From Candidatus Dormiibacterota bacterium (GTDB taxonomy: Bacteria; Chloroflexota; Dormibacteria; Aeolococcales; Aeolococcaceae), in assembly GCA_963718525.1 (NCBI GenBank), contig OY970355.1, forward strand, positions 3,040,001 to 3,104,000: 64,000 nucleotides of DNA, read 5' to 3'. Within the stretch, counting starts at the first letter, position 1; every line of letters begins with the position of its first letter. Shown here in pieces: positions 9,434-19,423 of the stretch. The translations under genes were made by a program, and so were the position numbers. The notes under the pieces were generated by a model. The model did no database searches. It saw only the letters and a program-made list of their open reading frames with translations, and was not told the origin of the DNA.

Positions 9434-10102
9434 ATGAGGGTCGCACCCGTCCGCTATTCCGACGCGTCGCCGAGGCGTCGGCGACGGAAACACGGCCAGG
9501 GACTGGTCGAGTTCATGATCGTCGCGCCGGTCTTCTTCTTTGCCATCTTCGCGATGATCGACGGAGGCTTGTTGCTCTACAGCATCAACGCGGTGGACCA
9601 GTCCGCGACCGTCGGCAGCAACTCGATCGCGGGCCTCGGCCTGGCATCGAATGCTGACATCGGGTCGATCCAGAAGATGGCCGCCGCAGGCTTGCAGACA
9701 ACCTCTCTCGTCAAAGTCACCGAGATCGACGTCGAGGAGTTGGTGACCAATGCCACCAAGGACGGGTTCTCGGTGCATGCCGACGGCACTCCGCAGATAC
9801 AGACAGGGTGCGCGGGCGGCCCAACGGGCGTCGACGGAGCCAATGAATGCGTTAACCGATACACATTCAGCGGGTCGGCCGTCGTCGCGACGGACGCATG
9901 GAGCAGTTGCGCGTCGTCCACGGGCGATCCGTCCCAGTGTCCGCCGTGGCCACCGTCGGTTCGCAACGTTGTGAACGGGCTCAGTTCATTCGTTGCATTG
10001 AAGATTACCTATTCGTATCGCTTCTTCACCGACGTGGGAGGCAACTTCAACTTGACTGCGCTCAAGACGTTCCGGCTCGAACCAGAGACCAACGCCAGCT
10101 GA
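9434..10102 (+). CDS. TadE-like minor pilin (pseudopilin)
   Basis: Basic leader, then G/QGLVEF prepilin motif and a hydrophobic helix. Confidence 0.88.
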   Translation: MRVAPVRYSDASPRRRRRKHGQGLVEFMIVAPVFFFAIFAMIDGGLLLYSINAVDQSATVGSNSIAGLGLASNADIGSIQKMAAAGLQTTSLVKVTEIDVEELVTNATKDGFSVHADGTPQIQTGCAGGPTGVDGANECVNRYTFSGSAVVATDAWSSCASSTGDPSQCPPWPPSVRNVVNGLSSFVALKITYSYRFFTDVGGNFNLTALKTFRLEPETNAS

Positions 10103-10740
10103 TGAATCCGACACAACGGCGTCAGCGCGGCCAGTCCTTGGTGGAGTTCTGCTTCGTCCTTCCGATTCTGCTGGTGATGTTCATGGGCGTGTACACCGCC
10201 GGCTCGTTCATCTCAGACATGGACACAGCCGGTCAGGCGACAAGAGCGGGTGCTCGGCTCGGCGCCGAGGTGGCCAATTACGGATACGGAACCGCGGCAG
10301 CACAGACCGCGGCCTGCATGGGCGTGAGTACGACCAACCCCTGCGCGGTAGACCAGGACATCGTCACCAGCGTGGCGACGGTCGCTAAAGGAATGACCAA
10401 CGTCACGTCGTTTGATGAGATCGACGTCTACGATCCGTGCGCCTCCGGTGGGGTCTGCACCAACTCCACGAGCCTCTGCAGCGACCCGGCCAACATCAGC
10501 GGTGCATTTGTGGCAGGCGTTGATCCCGCCGACGTGTACAAGCTCGTCGGGGGTGTGTGGACACTCCAGGGGACCGCGGGGTACACGCTCGACAAGCGTA
10601 CTCAAAATCATCCAAACGAACTGGCAATCGGCGTGCGTCTGGTCTTCCATTTCCAGGCTGCGGCGCCGATTAACTTCTTCAGTGTTCAGGCTGCGCAGTA
10701 CGCGACGATGTGCTTCGCGCCATACGAGTCAGGAGGGTAG
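10102..10740 (+). CDS. TadE-like minor pilin (pseudopilin)
   Basis: RRQRG/QSLVEF motif, hydrophobic helix, ATRAGARLGA. ATG overlaps the upstream TGA. Confidence 0.9.
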   Translation: MNPTQRRQRGQSLVEFCFVLPILLVMFMGVYTAGSFISDMDTAGQATRAGARLGAEVANYGYGTAAAQTAACMGVSTTNPCAVDQDIVTSVATVAKGMTNVTSFDEIDVYDPCASGGVCTNSTSLCSDPANISGAFVAGVDPADVYKLVGGVWTLQGTAGYTLDKRTQNHPNELAIGVRLVFHFQAAAPINFFSVQAAQYATMCFAPYESGG

Positions 10741-10742
10741 CG

Positions 10743-12689
10743 ATGAGCGTACAGAACGCCGGCGTGGCACGCAGAGGGCACCGTGCCGCCAAGGGCCAGG
10801 TCATGGCTATCTTCGCGCTGATCGCGGTCCTCCTCTTCGCGGTCACGGGCCTCGCCGTGGACGCCGGCCTCTCGTACCTTTCGTACAACGGCGCTGAACG
10901 GGCGGCCGCGGCAGGCGCTCTCGCGGGCGTCCCGTATATGCCCGGTGGATTTGGTGGGACCGGTTGCGCGAGCGGCGCGGCTGACGCGGCGGCGTGCGCG
11001 GCGACCGCACGCGACGGGTACACCAACGGGAGCATCATCAACGGTAACCCGGTCACCGTGACGGTTTCGCGATATCCCGTCGGTTGCACCGGGCCTGCCT
11101 GCTCGGCCAACAAGCTCACCGTGACTGTCACGGCATTTGTTCAGCCCACATTTCTGCGGGTTCTCGGATTCGGGGCCCACCCGGTCACGGCGTCCGACAC
11201 CGCGTTCTATCTTCCTCCGATCGCTCTCGGCCAGCCTGGAGCGCAGCTCGGAAGTACAGAGAGCGCACTCGGCACCGGTGGTAACTACTATTTCCTTCGT
11301 TCGGAAGGGTACGGCAACGATCGTTCAGAGGGGGACGCATATGACCCCAATAATGTCAACACCACCTTCACGTGCACTGTGGGCGGCGAGACCACCGCTG
11401 GATACGGAACGTCGACCGACGTCCACGCGTTGAGCGCAAACCTGGGAAGCGACGTTTCTGACGGCACGCTGACGAGCGCAGCGGTGAACCTCCTCCCCGA
11501 ACGCGGTGGGTACAACTTCTCGGTCGCGGTGCCGAGCACGGTCCCTGCAGCGTACGTCCAGGTCTACAACCCTGCCTTCGCTCCCGACAACGGATTCAAC
11601 CCGTCGGGCGGCAGCTACAACATGCACGAGCAGGACGGAAGCTTCTCCGGGAACTCCTATACAGACCAGTACTCTGCGATGGAATACACCCTGTTCAAAG
11701 TCAACGACATCTTTGACCACACCAAGGACACGCCGATCAGCCAGGTCATCGTCGATCCGCTGAACGTCACAACCTCGGGTGTCGCGGTCACCTCCATTGT
11801 CGATGTCCGCAACGGCAAGACCCTCTCGGGAGCGGCTTATACCTACGTCGTCAATAACATCTACCACGGGTGGATGGACGTCGGGAGCCCGCCGACGGCC
11901 TCGACGGCGTGGACCGTTGCAGGAACAACGTATAACATCCTCCATCCGACCAAGACGCTCGCTGGCGGCTCTCTGGCGCCTGGGTCGTACCGGCTCCGAG
12001 TTGACATGCTCGATTACCAGGGCCTGCGCCCCGGCGATGATGCGGGTGCGTCGCCGTGCTCCCGAGCACACAAGGGGTATGCGATCCAGCTGACGGTAAC
12101 CGGCGGTGCGCAGTGTGCAGACCCGGGCTGCCAGGTATCGGCACTCGATGAGCTCGCCGTCTACACGCCGATTTCGTCGTCTGGATCGGGCTTTTCCGTC
12201 CCCCTCTTCAACCTTCCCAATGACTACGCCGGCCAGACGATCAACTTCTACGTCTTCGATGTCGGCGACGTCGGTGGCAGCAACCAGATCTCCATCCTCA
12301 ATCCCGACACGCAGAGCTGCAGCCCCAATCCAGCTCCGTGCCTGCTCACCGCGTCGTCGGGGGTCCCTGTCTTCGACTTAGGGATCAATAGGAACACAGC
12401 TCCAACGCCCGGCTTGGCGGTCAATACAGTGGACTCTTGCGCAAGCACGCCGGTTCAACCGGTCGCCACCCAGGCGCTCATCAACACGGACGAAACAAAT
12501 ACCTGTGCGGGCCACGCTTCACCCAACATCTTCAATTCACGTTGGGTGCTGTTCCAGCTGCAGATCCCCTCGAACTACGCGGCAGGCAATGGCGGGTGGT
12601 GGAATCTGCACTACACTGTCAACGGCACAGCGACTGACACCTTCACGGTGGTTGTTAACTACGCGAGCACGCCTGTCCATCTCCTATAG
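10743..12689 (+). CDS. TadG-like large pseudopilin / putative tip adhesin
   Basis: KG/QVMAIFALIAVLLFAVTGLAVDAG...AAAAGALAG Tad N-terminus, followed by a long Gly/Thr/Asn/Cys-rich extracellular region. Confidence 0.88.
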   Translation: MSVQNAGVARRGHRAAKGQVMAIFALIAVLLFAVTGLAVDAGLSYLSYNGAERAAAAGALAGVPYMPGGFGGTGCASGAADAAACAATARDGYTNGSIINGNPVTVTVSRYPVGCTGPACSANKLTVTVTAFVQPTFLRVLGFGAHPVTASDTAFYLPPIALGQPGAQLGSTESALGTGGNYYFLRSEGYGNDRSEGDAYDPNNVNTTFTCTVGGETTAGYGTSTDVHALSANLGSDVSDGTLTSAAVNLLPERGGYNFSVAVPSTVPAAYVQVYNPAFAPDNGFNPSGGSYNMHEQDGSFSGNSYTDQYSAMEYTLFKVNDIFDHTKDTPISQVIVDPLNVTTSGVAVTSIVDVRNGKTLSGAAYTYVVNNIYHGWMDVGSPPTASTAWTVAGTTYNILHPTKTLAGGSLAPGSYRLRVDMLDYQGLRPGDDAGASPCSRAHKGYAIQLTVTGGAQCADPGCQVSALDELAVYTPISSSGSGFSVPLFNLPNDYAGQTINFYVFDVGDVGGSNQISILNPDTQSCSPNPAPCLLTASSGVPVFDLGINRNTAPTPGLAVNTVDSCASTPVQPVATQALINTDETNTCAGHASPNIFNSRWVLFQLQIPSNYAAGNGGWWNLHYTVNGTATDTFTVVVNYASTPVHLL

Positions 12690-12965
12690 CGCCGCCTGGT
12701 CGGAGCTTCTGGCGTTACCAGCGCCTCGGCACGTTGGAGAGTGTTGAACACGCGCTTGAGTTCGCCCTGAACGCGTCGTCGATCTCGTCGGTGCCCTCAA
12801 ACCTCTCCGCCGTGCGTTGCGTCGCTGACAGCGTCTGGAGGTCCCGAGCCCATAAGCGAGCAGCTTACGCACCCGCAGGGCAGGAGTCCGCAGCGAAACC
12901 GTCCAGCTCTGCCACCGCCATCACTGGAAGGCGCATGAGGGCGGCTGGCAGGTGGTCAGGTCCGA

Positions 12966-12996
12966 GGAGGGCCGGATCCTGGCGATCCCGCCCTCC
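12966..12996. terminator. GC-rich hairpin between convergent transcription units (possible terminator)
   Basis: GGAGGGCCGGATC-ctggc-GATCCCGCCCTCC, 13-bp stem with one mismatch. No U-tract. Confidence 0.35.
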
Positions 12997-13058
12997 CACA
13001 CCTGCCGGGCGCGGGCGCGCGCGCCCGATCGCGTTCTCGCCGTGTAGAGCGTCGAGCG

Positions 13059-13253
13059 TCAGGCCGCAGGTGGCGGAGGGTTCACCGGCTCGTAGATCAG
13101 GCCCTCACCACAACAGCGGTCGCACTCATCGCCGGCTCGAGCTCTCGACGCCCACACCCCGACGGTGCCCTGACGAAACTCCACCTTGCGATTCTGGTCC
13201 CCCGACCCATTGCAGGTCGGGCATCGAACGAGACGTTCTTCCGCAGCGTGCAT
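13059..13253 (-). CDS. Small DnaJ-type zinc-finger protein (64 aa)
   Basis: Two CxxCxGxG motifs: CPTCNGSG and CDRCCGEG. Confidence 0.65.
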   Translation of the reverse strand: MHAAEERLVRCPTCNGSGDQNRKVEFRQGTVGVWASRARAGDECDRCCGEGLIYEPVNPPPPAA

Positions 13254-13338
13254 GGCACGACCTTGCGCGCATTGAAAAGAAACATCTGTACGCACGCGAA
13301 CCTATGGAAATGGTCGCCGGGGGGCAGCGAACGAGATA

Positions 13339-14967
13339 TCAGGCCGAACCGACCCCGTCCATCACGTGGATCGGCTGGAAGACGTCCTCGGAGAGCTCCT
13401 CGCCCGAGGTGGTCAGGTGCTCGAGGAATGTCGGAAGAACACCGGTCGGCATGTACGAACCGACGACCTTCCCGTCCTCGTCGACCCCGGCCTGCTTGTA
13501 CACGAAGATGTCCTGCAGCTTCACCTCGTTGTTATCGCAGCCGAGAACCTCGGTGATGCTCACGATCTTGCGCGTTCCGTCGCGCAGACGGGACTGCTGC
13601 ACGACGAGATTGACGGCCGAGCCGATCTGCTCGCGGATCGCGCGGGACGGCAACTCCGCACCGGCCATCAGCACCAACGTTTCGAGACGGCTGATGCAGT
13701 CGTGCGCGTTGTTCGCATGGAGCGTGGTCAACGAACCATCATGGCCGGTGTTCATCGCCTGGAGCATGTCGAGTGCTTCACCGCCGCGGCATTCTCCGAC
13801 CACGATGCGGTCCGGCCGCATCCGCAACGAGTTGATGACCAGATCGCGAATCGAGACGCGTCCACGACCTTCGACGTTGGCGGGGCGCGTCTCAAGCGTC
13901 ACGACGTGATCCTGACGCAGCTGAAGTTCGGCCGCGTCCTCGATGGTGACAATGCGCTCATCCTCCGGGATGAAGCTGCTCAGGATGTTGAGCGTGGTCG
14001 TCTTTCCCGAGCCGGTACCTCCACTCACCACCACGTTCAACTTGCCTCGCACGCATGCGCGGAGAAAGCGAACCATGTCCTCGGTGATCGAGCCGTACTT
14101 GATGAGGTCGTCGATGGTGAGAGCTTCCTTAGCGAACTTCCGAATCGTCATCGTCGGTCCGCGCAGCGCAAGCGGCGGGATGATGACGTTGACGCGGGAT
14201 CCATCCTTGAGGCGCGCGTCGACCATCGGCGACAACTCGTCGACACGACGGCCGATGCTGCTGACGATCCTGTCGATCACCTGCATCAACTGCTGGTCGC
14301 TCTCGAACGTCACCGGGCTCAGCGTCAACTTGCCGTGCTGTTCGACGTAGATCTGCTTGTAGCTGTTGATCATGATTTCGGTGATCTCATCGCTCGCCAG
14401 CAGCTCCTCGAGCGGCCCGAGACCGAGAACATCGTTGGTCAGGATCTCGACGAGTCGAAGCCTGTCCGGGCGGCTCATCGTGATGTTCTGCTCGGTGATC
14501 ACGTCGTTGAGCAGCTCCGCGATTCGCTGACGCACCATCTCCGGCGGCACAGAGTCCGTGCCCTGCGCCAGTTCCTCGACGAGACGCTGGTGCACCTTGC
14601 CACGCAGCGCGACGTGCGTATTGACGTGGCCGCCCATCTTGCTCAACCCGGGCCGCGACATCGCACCGGTGCGGTTCAGCAGGGTTGGCGCACGCTGAGG
14701 CTCAGGGGCGGGCGCCGCGCGCTCGACCTCGAAGGCTCGCGGCGCCGGTGCCGGCACCGGCGCGGGCGTGGGCGCAGGCACCGGGCCCAACGGGGCCGGG
14801 GAGACACCGCCCGGGCGGTTTTGCCAGCCCGCAGGGGGAAACCGCTCAGCTCCATCGTTGGATGGTCGTTCGGGCGCGGCGGTGGGTGCCGGGGACGATG
14901 GCGCGGTTGGTGCGGAGCCAGGAGGGGTCCCCTCGGCCTTCCGCTGCACTCGGTCGAGCAACGACAT
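13339..14967 (-). CDS. cpaF: Tad pilus assembly ATPase CpaF/TadA, long paralogue with Pro-rich N-terminus
   Basis: N-terminal helical domain (LRGKVHQRLVEEL), LGLGPLEELL, GGTGSGKTT, TIEDAAEL, RPDRIVVGECRG, MNTGHDG. GAGGTGG RBS. Confidence 0.96.
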   Translation of the reverse strand: MSLLDRVQRKAEGTPPGSAPTAPSSPAPTAAPERPSNDGAERFPPAGWQNRPGGVSPAPLGPVPAPTPAPVPAPAPRAFEVERAAPAPEPQRAPTLLNRTGAMSRPGLSKMGGHVNTHVALRGKVHQRLVEELAQGTDSVPPEMVRQRIAELLNDVITEQNITMSRPDRLRLVEILTNDVLGLGPLEELLASDEITEIMINSYKQIYVEQHGKLTLSPVTFESDQQLMQVIDRIVSSIGRRVDELSPMVDARLKDGSRVNVIIPPLALRGPTMTIRKFAKEALTIDDLIKYGSITEDMVRFLRACVRGKLNVVVSGGTGSGKTTTLNILSSFIPEDERIVTIEDAAELQLRQDHVVTLETRPANVEGRGRVSIRDLVINSLRMRPDRIVVGECRGGEALDMLQAMNTGHDGSLTTLHANNAHDCISRLETLVLMAGAELPSRAIREQIGSAVNLVVQQSRLRDGTRKIVSITEVLGCDNNEVKLQDIFVYKQAGVDEDGKVVGSYMPTGVLPTFLEHLTTSGEELSEDVFQPIHVMDGVGSA

Positions 14968-15162
14968 ATGAGCTCAAACCACCTCGTGTGATCGCGTTCG
15001 AATACCTGCCCGGAGGCAGGAATCAAGCATCCCCGGGATGCGCACCGAACGGTGCAACGATCCTGTCGAAGCAGCGTCCCAGGGGCCCTGCGGGGGGTTT
15101 GATAGGGGCCGGCCGGAACGGGTCGGTCAGTGCGAGAGCAAATTCACCTGAAGGATTGCCGT

Positions 15163-16092
15163 ATGGAACGTCGGTCGCTGCCGTCGGCCTGGGAGGAAAT
15201 GCTGCGAACCGCCTCCGCGGTGCGCGCGACGCCATCCCCAACGAGTGCCCGATCCCGTGGCGGCCTCCGCACGGTGATTCGCCCGATCGTGATGACCGCC
15301 GGGCTCCTCACGGCAGCCGGCCTCGCGGTGCTCCACCTCGCGGGAACCTCGGGCACGGCCAGCGCCAACGGCAGCCTGGACTCGCAGCTGTTCTCGCTCA
15401 CCAACCAGGACCGCACCAGCAACGGCGTGCGTTCGCTCACCTTCAGCGGCACCCTTCAGAACATCGGCGAGGGCGCTCCTTACAACTGCAGAGGGGTCCA
15501 GGTGTACGGGCGCTCGGTTGACATGATCCGGCGCAACTACTTCGCGCATCCGATCCTCGGTTGCGGCGAATACGTGTTCTCGATGATGCAGGCGTTCGGC
15601 ATCCACTACCGGTCGGCCGGGGAGAACATCGGGTGGGAGTCCGGCTCTGGTAGCCCCGCAAGCTATATCAACGGCCAGTTCATGGCCAGCCCCGACCATC
15701 GGTCCAACATCCTCGACGGCAACTACACCGAGATGGGTGTCGGGTCAGACGAGAGCGCACCGGGGGTGTTCTGGACGGGTGTGGGCAGCGAGCAGAACGT
15801 CTGGATGTTCAGCGAGGAGTTCGCTCAGGCGGGGTCCTCGTCACCGCCTCCTCCGCACAAATCGCCGGCGCCAAAGCCCGCGAAACGGAACTCGCCGGCG
15901 CCACCTCCGCCCGGCGTCGCTGCGGCCGCCACCACGGCTGCGCCAACCGCAACTCCGGCACCCACCGCCACTCCGATGCCTATTCCGACCGGGAGCCTTC
16001 CCGAGAGCATTTCGGCCCCGCCGGTCGGCCAGTACGAAGGCCTGTTCCCGAACACGATCGAATCCGTCCTCGAAGCGTTCCTCAATCTCTAA
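15163..16092 (+). CDS. Secreted CAP/SCP-domain protein with Pro/Thr-rich tail
   Basis: LTNQDR, RSVDMIRRNYFAH, AGENIG, FMASPDHRSNILD, MGVG. Signal-peptide-like segment; start may be GTG 15274. Confidence 0.88.
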   Translation: MERRSLPSAWEEMLRTASAVRATPSPTSARSRGGLRTVIRPIVMTAGLLTAAGLAVLHLAGTSGTASANGSLDSQLFSLTNQDRTSNGVRSLTFSGTLQNIGEGAPYNCRGVQVYGRSVDMIRRNYFAHPILGCGEYVFSMMQAFGIHYRSAGENIGWESGSGSPASYINGQFMASPDHRSNILDGNYTEMGVGSDESAPGVFWTGVGSEQNVWMFSEEFAQAGSSSPPPPHKSPAPKPAKRNSPAPPPPGVAAAATTAAPTATPAPTATPMPIPTGSLPESISAPPVGQYEGLFPNTIESVLEAFLNL

Positions 16093-16105
16093 AAGGGCCA
16101 CCACC

Positions 16106-16933
16106 CTGACTCAGCTCAGCGCCGTCGAAACGCCTGTGAAGGACCTCGGCGACAGCATCGTCGTCGCCACCGGTCTCCGCAAGATGTACCGGGTGAGCCG
16201 CCCGCCACGCGAGGCGATCCGCGGCGTGTCACTCACTGTGGAATCAGGCGACTTTGTCGCCATCATGGGTCCGAGCGGCTCTGGGAAGAGCACGCTGCTC
16301 CACATCCTTGGCGGCCTCGAACCACCCGACCAGGGGTCGGTCGTGATCCAGGGCGTCGACGTGTACGGCCTCAAGGACGAGGAGCGATCTGCCTTCCGGC
16401 GCGATCACGTCGGCGTCGTCTTCCAGTTCTTCAACCTCCTGCCGACCCTGACTGCGGCCGAGAACGTCGCACTGCCGCTCCGGCTCCGCAACGAGGCGCC
16501 AAGCCAGCGGCAGAAGCTGTCCCGCCAGGTGATCGGCGACCGCGTCGACGTCCTCATGGATCAGCTCAACCTCCACGGGCTCCAGGGTCATGGTCCTGAG
16601 GAGATCTCCGGTGGTGAGCAGCAGCGGGTCGCACTCGCCCGCGCGCTCGCGGCGTCGCCGGCGCTCCTGCTCGCCGACGAGCCGACAGGAAACCTCGACT
16701 GGACAAGCGGTCATGAGGTGATGGCGCTGCTGACGCGTCTCTGCCGTCAGGAGCGCCAGACAGCAGTGCTGGTCACGCACGACGCCCGGGTCGCCGCCTA
16801 TGCCGATCGAGTCCTGATCATGCGCGACGGCGAGGTGGTCGACGACGTCGCACTGAGCCACGCGGGCCAGGCGCCCGACACGATTCCGGACCCGTCGGTC
16901 CTCGTGGGCAGGCTCGCCAAGCTGGACCTGTGA
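16106..16933 (+). CDS. ABC transporter ATP-binding protein (LolD/MacB-like)
   Basis: [39 protein letters not shown]. Start is either CTG 16106 or GTG 16136. Confidence 0.93.
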   Translation: MTQLSAVETPVKDLGDSIVVATGLRKMYRVSRPPREAIRGVSLTVESGDFVAIMGPSGSGKSTLLHILGGLEPPDQGSVVIQGVDVYGLKDEERSAFRRDHVGVVFQFFNLLPTLTAAENVALPLRLRNEAPSQRQKLSRQVIGDRVDVLMDQLNLHGLQGHGPEEISGGEQQRVALARALAASPALLLADEPTGNLDWTSGHEVMALLTRLCRQERQTAVLVTHDARVAAYADRVLIMRDGEVVDDVALSHAGQAPDTIPDPSVLVGRLAKLDL

Positions 16934-19419
16934 GCGACCTCTGGCTGCTCGTGGTTCGCGCCATCGGGGCGCGTCCGCTCAGGGCCATGCTCACCGCCGC
17001 CTCCGTTGCGCTGGGCATCGCCGTCGTGCTCGCTGTGCAGATCGCGATCGCGGGGCTCACCGTCCAGGCGGGTGAGGCGCAGGTGCAGCAAGCAGGCGCG
17101 TCCTCGCTCGATGTCCGCGTCGACGTTGGTTCCGGGCTCGAGCCTGCACAGATCACGACTCTCTCGGACCTTCCTGGCGTCGTTCAGGCTGTGCCGCTCT
17201 ATGAAAAGCAGGTCACTGCCGGCCCGTCGGGAAGCAGCCTCGTGGGTAACGCGGTGACCCTGGTGGGCCTTCAGGACTCCACCGCGGCGCTGCGCAGCGT
17301 CTCTGTGGTGAGCGGGCGGCTCCCGATCCCGGGGAGCACCTCCGAGGTGGCCATCGACCAGGGGTTGAGCACGTCGCTCACCGGCGGGTTCGGCAGCCCG
17401 ATCCGTCTCGGGCAGAGGCTCCAGCTGATCACGGGGACCGGTCCCGACCTCTTCACTGTGGTCGGTTTCACATCGGGAACGAGCGGCGGGCCGTCCTTCA
17501 CCCACAACGCTGTCTTCATCGACGACGCGGCGATGCTCGGCCAGTTCGGCCTCGGTCTGCACACGCCGCTGGTGGCACTGCGCTTCGGGCCCGGTGCCAC
17601 AGTCGGCGCCGTATCCAGCGAGGTCCACGCGGCGTTCGGCCCGGCGGTGACCACCTACGACCCGCGAGCGAGTGCCTCGGCGCCGCTGCAGGATCTTGAG
17701 CCCCTGCTGGTGCTCGCGACCGTCCTCAGCCTGATTGTTGGTGCGGGCGTGACGGCCAACAGCGCTGCGCTGGCTGCGTTCGAGCGGAGGCGTGAGATCG
17801 GCCTGCTTCGTGCCGCCGGTGCCTCGTCACGCCAGGTCTTCCGGCTGTTCGCCGCAGAGGTCGCGACCGTCGCCGCCGCGGGAGTCCCGCTGGGGGTCGC
17901 GGGAGGACTGGTGCTCGGAGCCCTTTTCAACAGCAGCCTCGCGCCCGCCGACCTCGCCACGCCGGCCCTGATGCCCCAGGGAGGACAGGTGGTGGCCGCA
18001 ATCGCAGCCGGACTTGGGGCGTCGCTTGTGGGTGGGCTGCTCCCGCTCTTCGCGGCGGCGCGCCTCCCGATCCTCGACTCGCTCCGTCCGCATCCGATCG
18101 GCGAGCATCAGCGCCCCAGCATGCTGCTGCGCGTCGCCAGCCCGGCCCTCCTCGTCGTGGCGGCCATCTGCTTCCTGAGCAGCGCGAGCGGCGTGGTAGC
18201 CCTCGGTATCGTGACCCTCCTGCTCGGTCTGGTTGTTGCGCTTCCCCTGCTTGCTCCTCTGGTCATCAGGCTGCTCGCCGTCGCCTTCTCGCCGTTCGTC
18301 AGTGGCGCGCGGCCAGGGGCTGCTCACCTGATTCGCGCCAGGAATCGCACCGCGATGACAACGGCCGGTCTCGCGATCGCGGTGGCAACTGCAGTCGGTG
18401 CGAGTGCCCTGACCGCAGGAGCGCTCACGGCGAGCGACAGTTGGGTCTCTCACCTCTTCGCCGGTGACACCCTCGTGACCAGCCCCGTGACTCAGAACGA
18501 TCAGGTTGCCGCCGCAATCAACAGCAGCGCTGGGGTCGCGCAGGCGACAGCGCTTCGCTTTCTCTCGGAGAATGTCGCCGGTGCTTCTGAGGGCGTCACC
18601 GCGATTGACCCCGCCGCCTACAACTCGCTCGGGGGTCTGGATGTCGTCTCCGGCGACCGGACAGCGACGCTCGATGCCCTCGAGAATGGCCCGAGCTTCC
18701 TCGAGCCGGCCGGGCTCGCCGCCGCGACCGGTTGGACAATCGGTTCGCAGCTGCCGGTACAGACGCAGAACGGGATCGTCTACTTCACGGTCGTCGGCAT
18801 GGTCAGCCACTCATTTCCGTCGGGTGACGGAGGCGAGAGCCTCATCATGGCTGATGACCTCGCGCGCACCTACTTCGGCGCGACCGCGGACGGCTTCGAC
18901 GACCTGGTGGTCACGACGCACGGATCGGCCGCCGCGGTCAGCGCCACAGCCGCCAGCTACGGCATGCGCGCGGTGCCGGTGAGCACGATCGCCGGCGACG
19001 CCCGCGACGCGTTGCAGCATTCCGTCGGACTCGTGCTCGCGGTCGCGCTCATCTCGGTGATCATCGCCATGCTGGCCGTTGTGAACACGCTGCTCGTGAA
19101 CGTCCGTCAGGGGACGCGCGAGCTCGCCCTGCTGCGCGCCGTCGGACTCGGCAGCCGCCAGGCGATGCGCCGGGTGCTCACCGAGGCGGGGCTGCTCGCC
19201 GGTGCGGCGACGTTGATCGGTGTCGCGGCCGGGTGTCTCATCGCGGTGCCGATGCTCCAGGCGAGCAGCACCGCGACCTTCGAGCCCGGGTTCGTCTTTC
19301 CATTCGAAACCGTTGTCGTGCTGATCCTCGTCGTCGTGCTGGCGGCCATTGTCGCGACCATGGGTCCGGCTCGCAGAGCCGTGCGAACCTCAGTGCTCAG
19401 CGCGCTGCGTCACGAGTAG
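16930..19419 (+). CDS. FtsX/MacB-like ABC permease with duplicated architecture
   Basis: Two copies of R(R/T)RE(I/L)xLLRAxG, multiple TM helices, GTGA overlap. Confidence 0.92.
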   Translation: MSDLWLLVVRAIGARPLRAMLTAASVALGIAVVLAVQIAIAGLTVQAGEAQVQQAGASSLDVRVDVGSGLEPAQITTLSDLPGVVQAVPLYEKQVTAGPSGSSLVGNAVTLVGLQDSTAALRSVSVVSGRLPIPGSTSEVAIDQGLSTSLTGGFGSPIRLGQRLQLITGTGPDLFTVVGFTSGTSGGPSFTHNAVFIDDAAMLGQFGLGLHTPLVALRFGPGATVGAVSSEVHAAFGPAVTTYDPRASASAPLQDLEPLLVLATVLSLIVGAGVTANSAALAAFERRREIGLLRAAGASSRQVFRLFAAEVATVAAAGVPLGVAGGLVLGALFNSSLAPADLATPALMPQGGQVVAAIAAGLGASLVGGLLPLFAAARLPILDSLRPHPIGEHQRPSMLLRVASPALLVVAAICFLSSASGVVALGIVTLLLGLVVALPLLAPLVIRLLAVAFSPFVSGARPGAAHLIRARNRTAMTTAGLAIAVATAVGASALTAGALTASDSWVSHLFAGDTLVTSPVTQNDQVAAAINSSAGVAQATALRFLSENVAGASEGVTAIDPAAYNSLGGLDVVSGDRTATLDALENGPSFLEPAGLAAATGWTIGSQLPVQTQNGIVYFTVVGMVSHSFPSGDGGESLIMADDLARTYFGATADGFDDLVVTTHGSAAAVSATAASYGMRAVPVSTIAGDARDALQHSVGLVLAVALISVIIAMLAVVNTLLVNVRQGTRELALLRAVGLGSRQAMRRVLTEAGLLAGAATLIGVAAGCLIAVPMLQASSTATFEPGFVFPFETVVVLILVVVLAAIVATMGPARRAVRTSVLSALRHE

Positions 19420-19423
19420 CCGG

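Noticed and set aside
12684-12872. 62-aa Arg-rich ORF
   Set aside because: Composition is typical of a non-coding frame; another frame looks more protein-like and is reported as a possible remnant.
14987-15002. CRP-like site TGTGA-N6-TCGAA before cpaF2
   Set aside because: The second half-site is poor; a chance match is likely.
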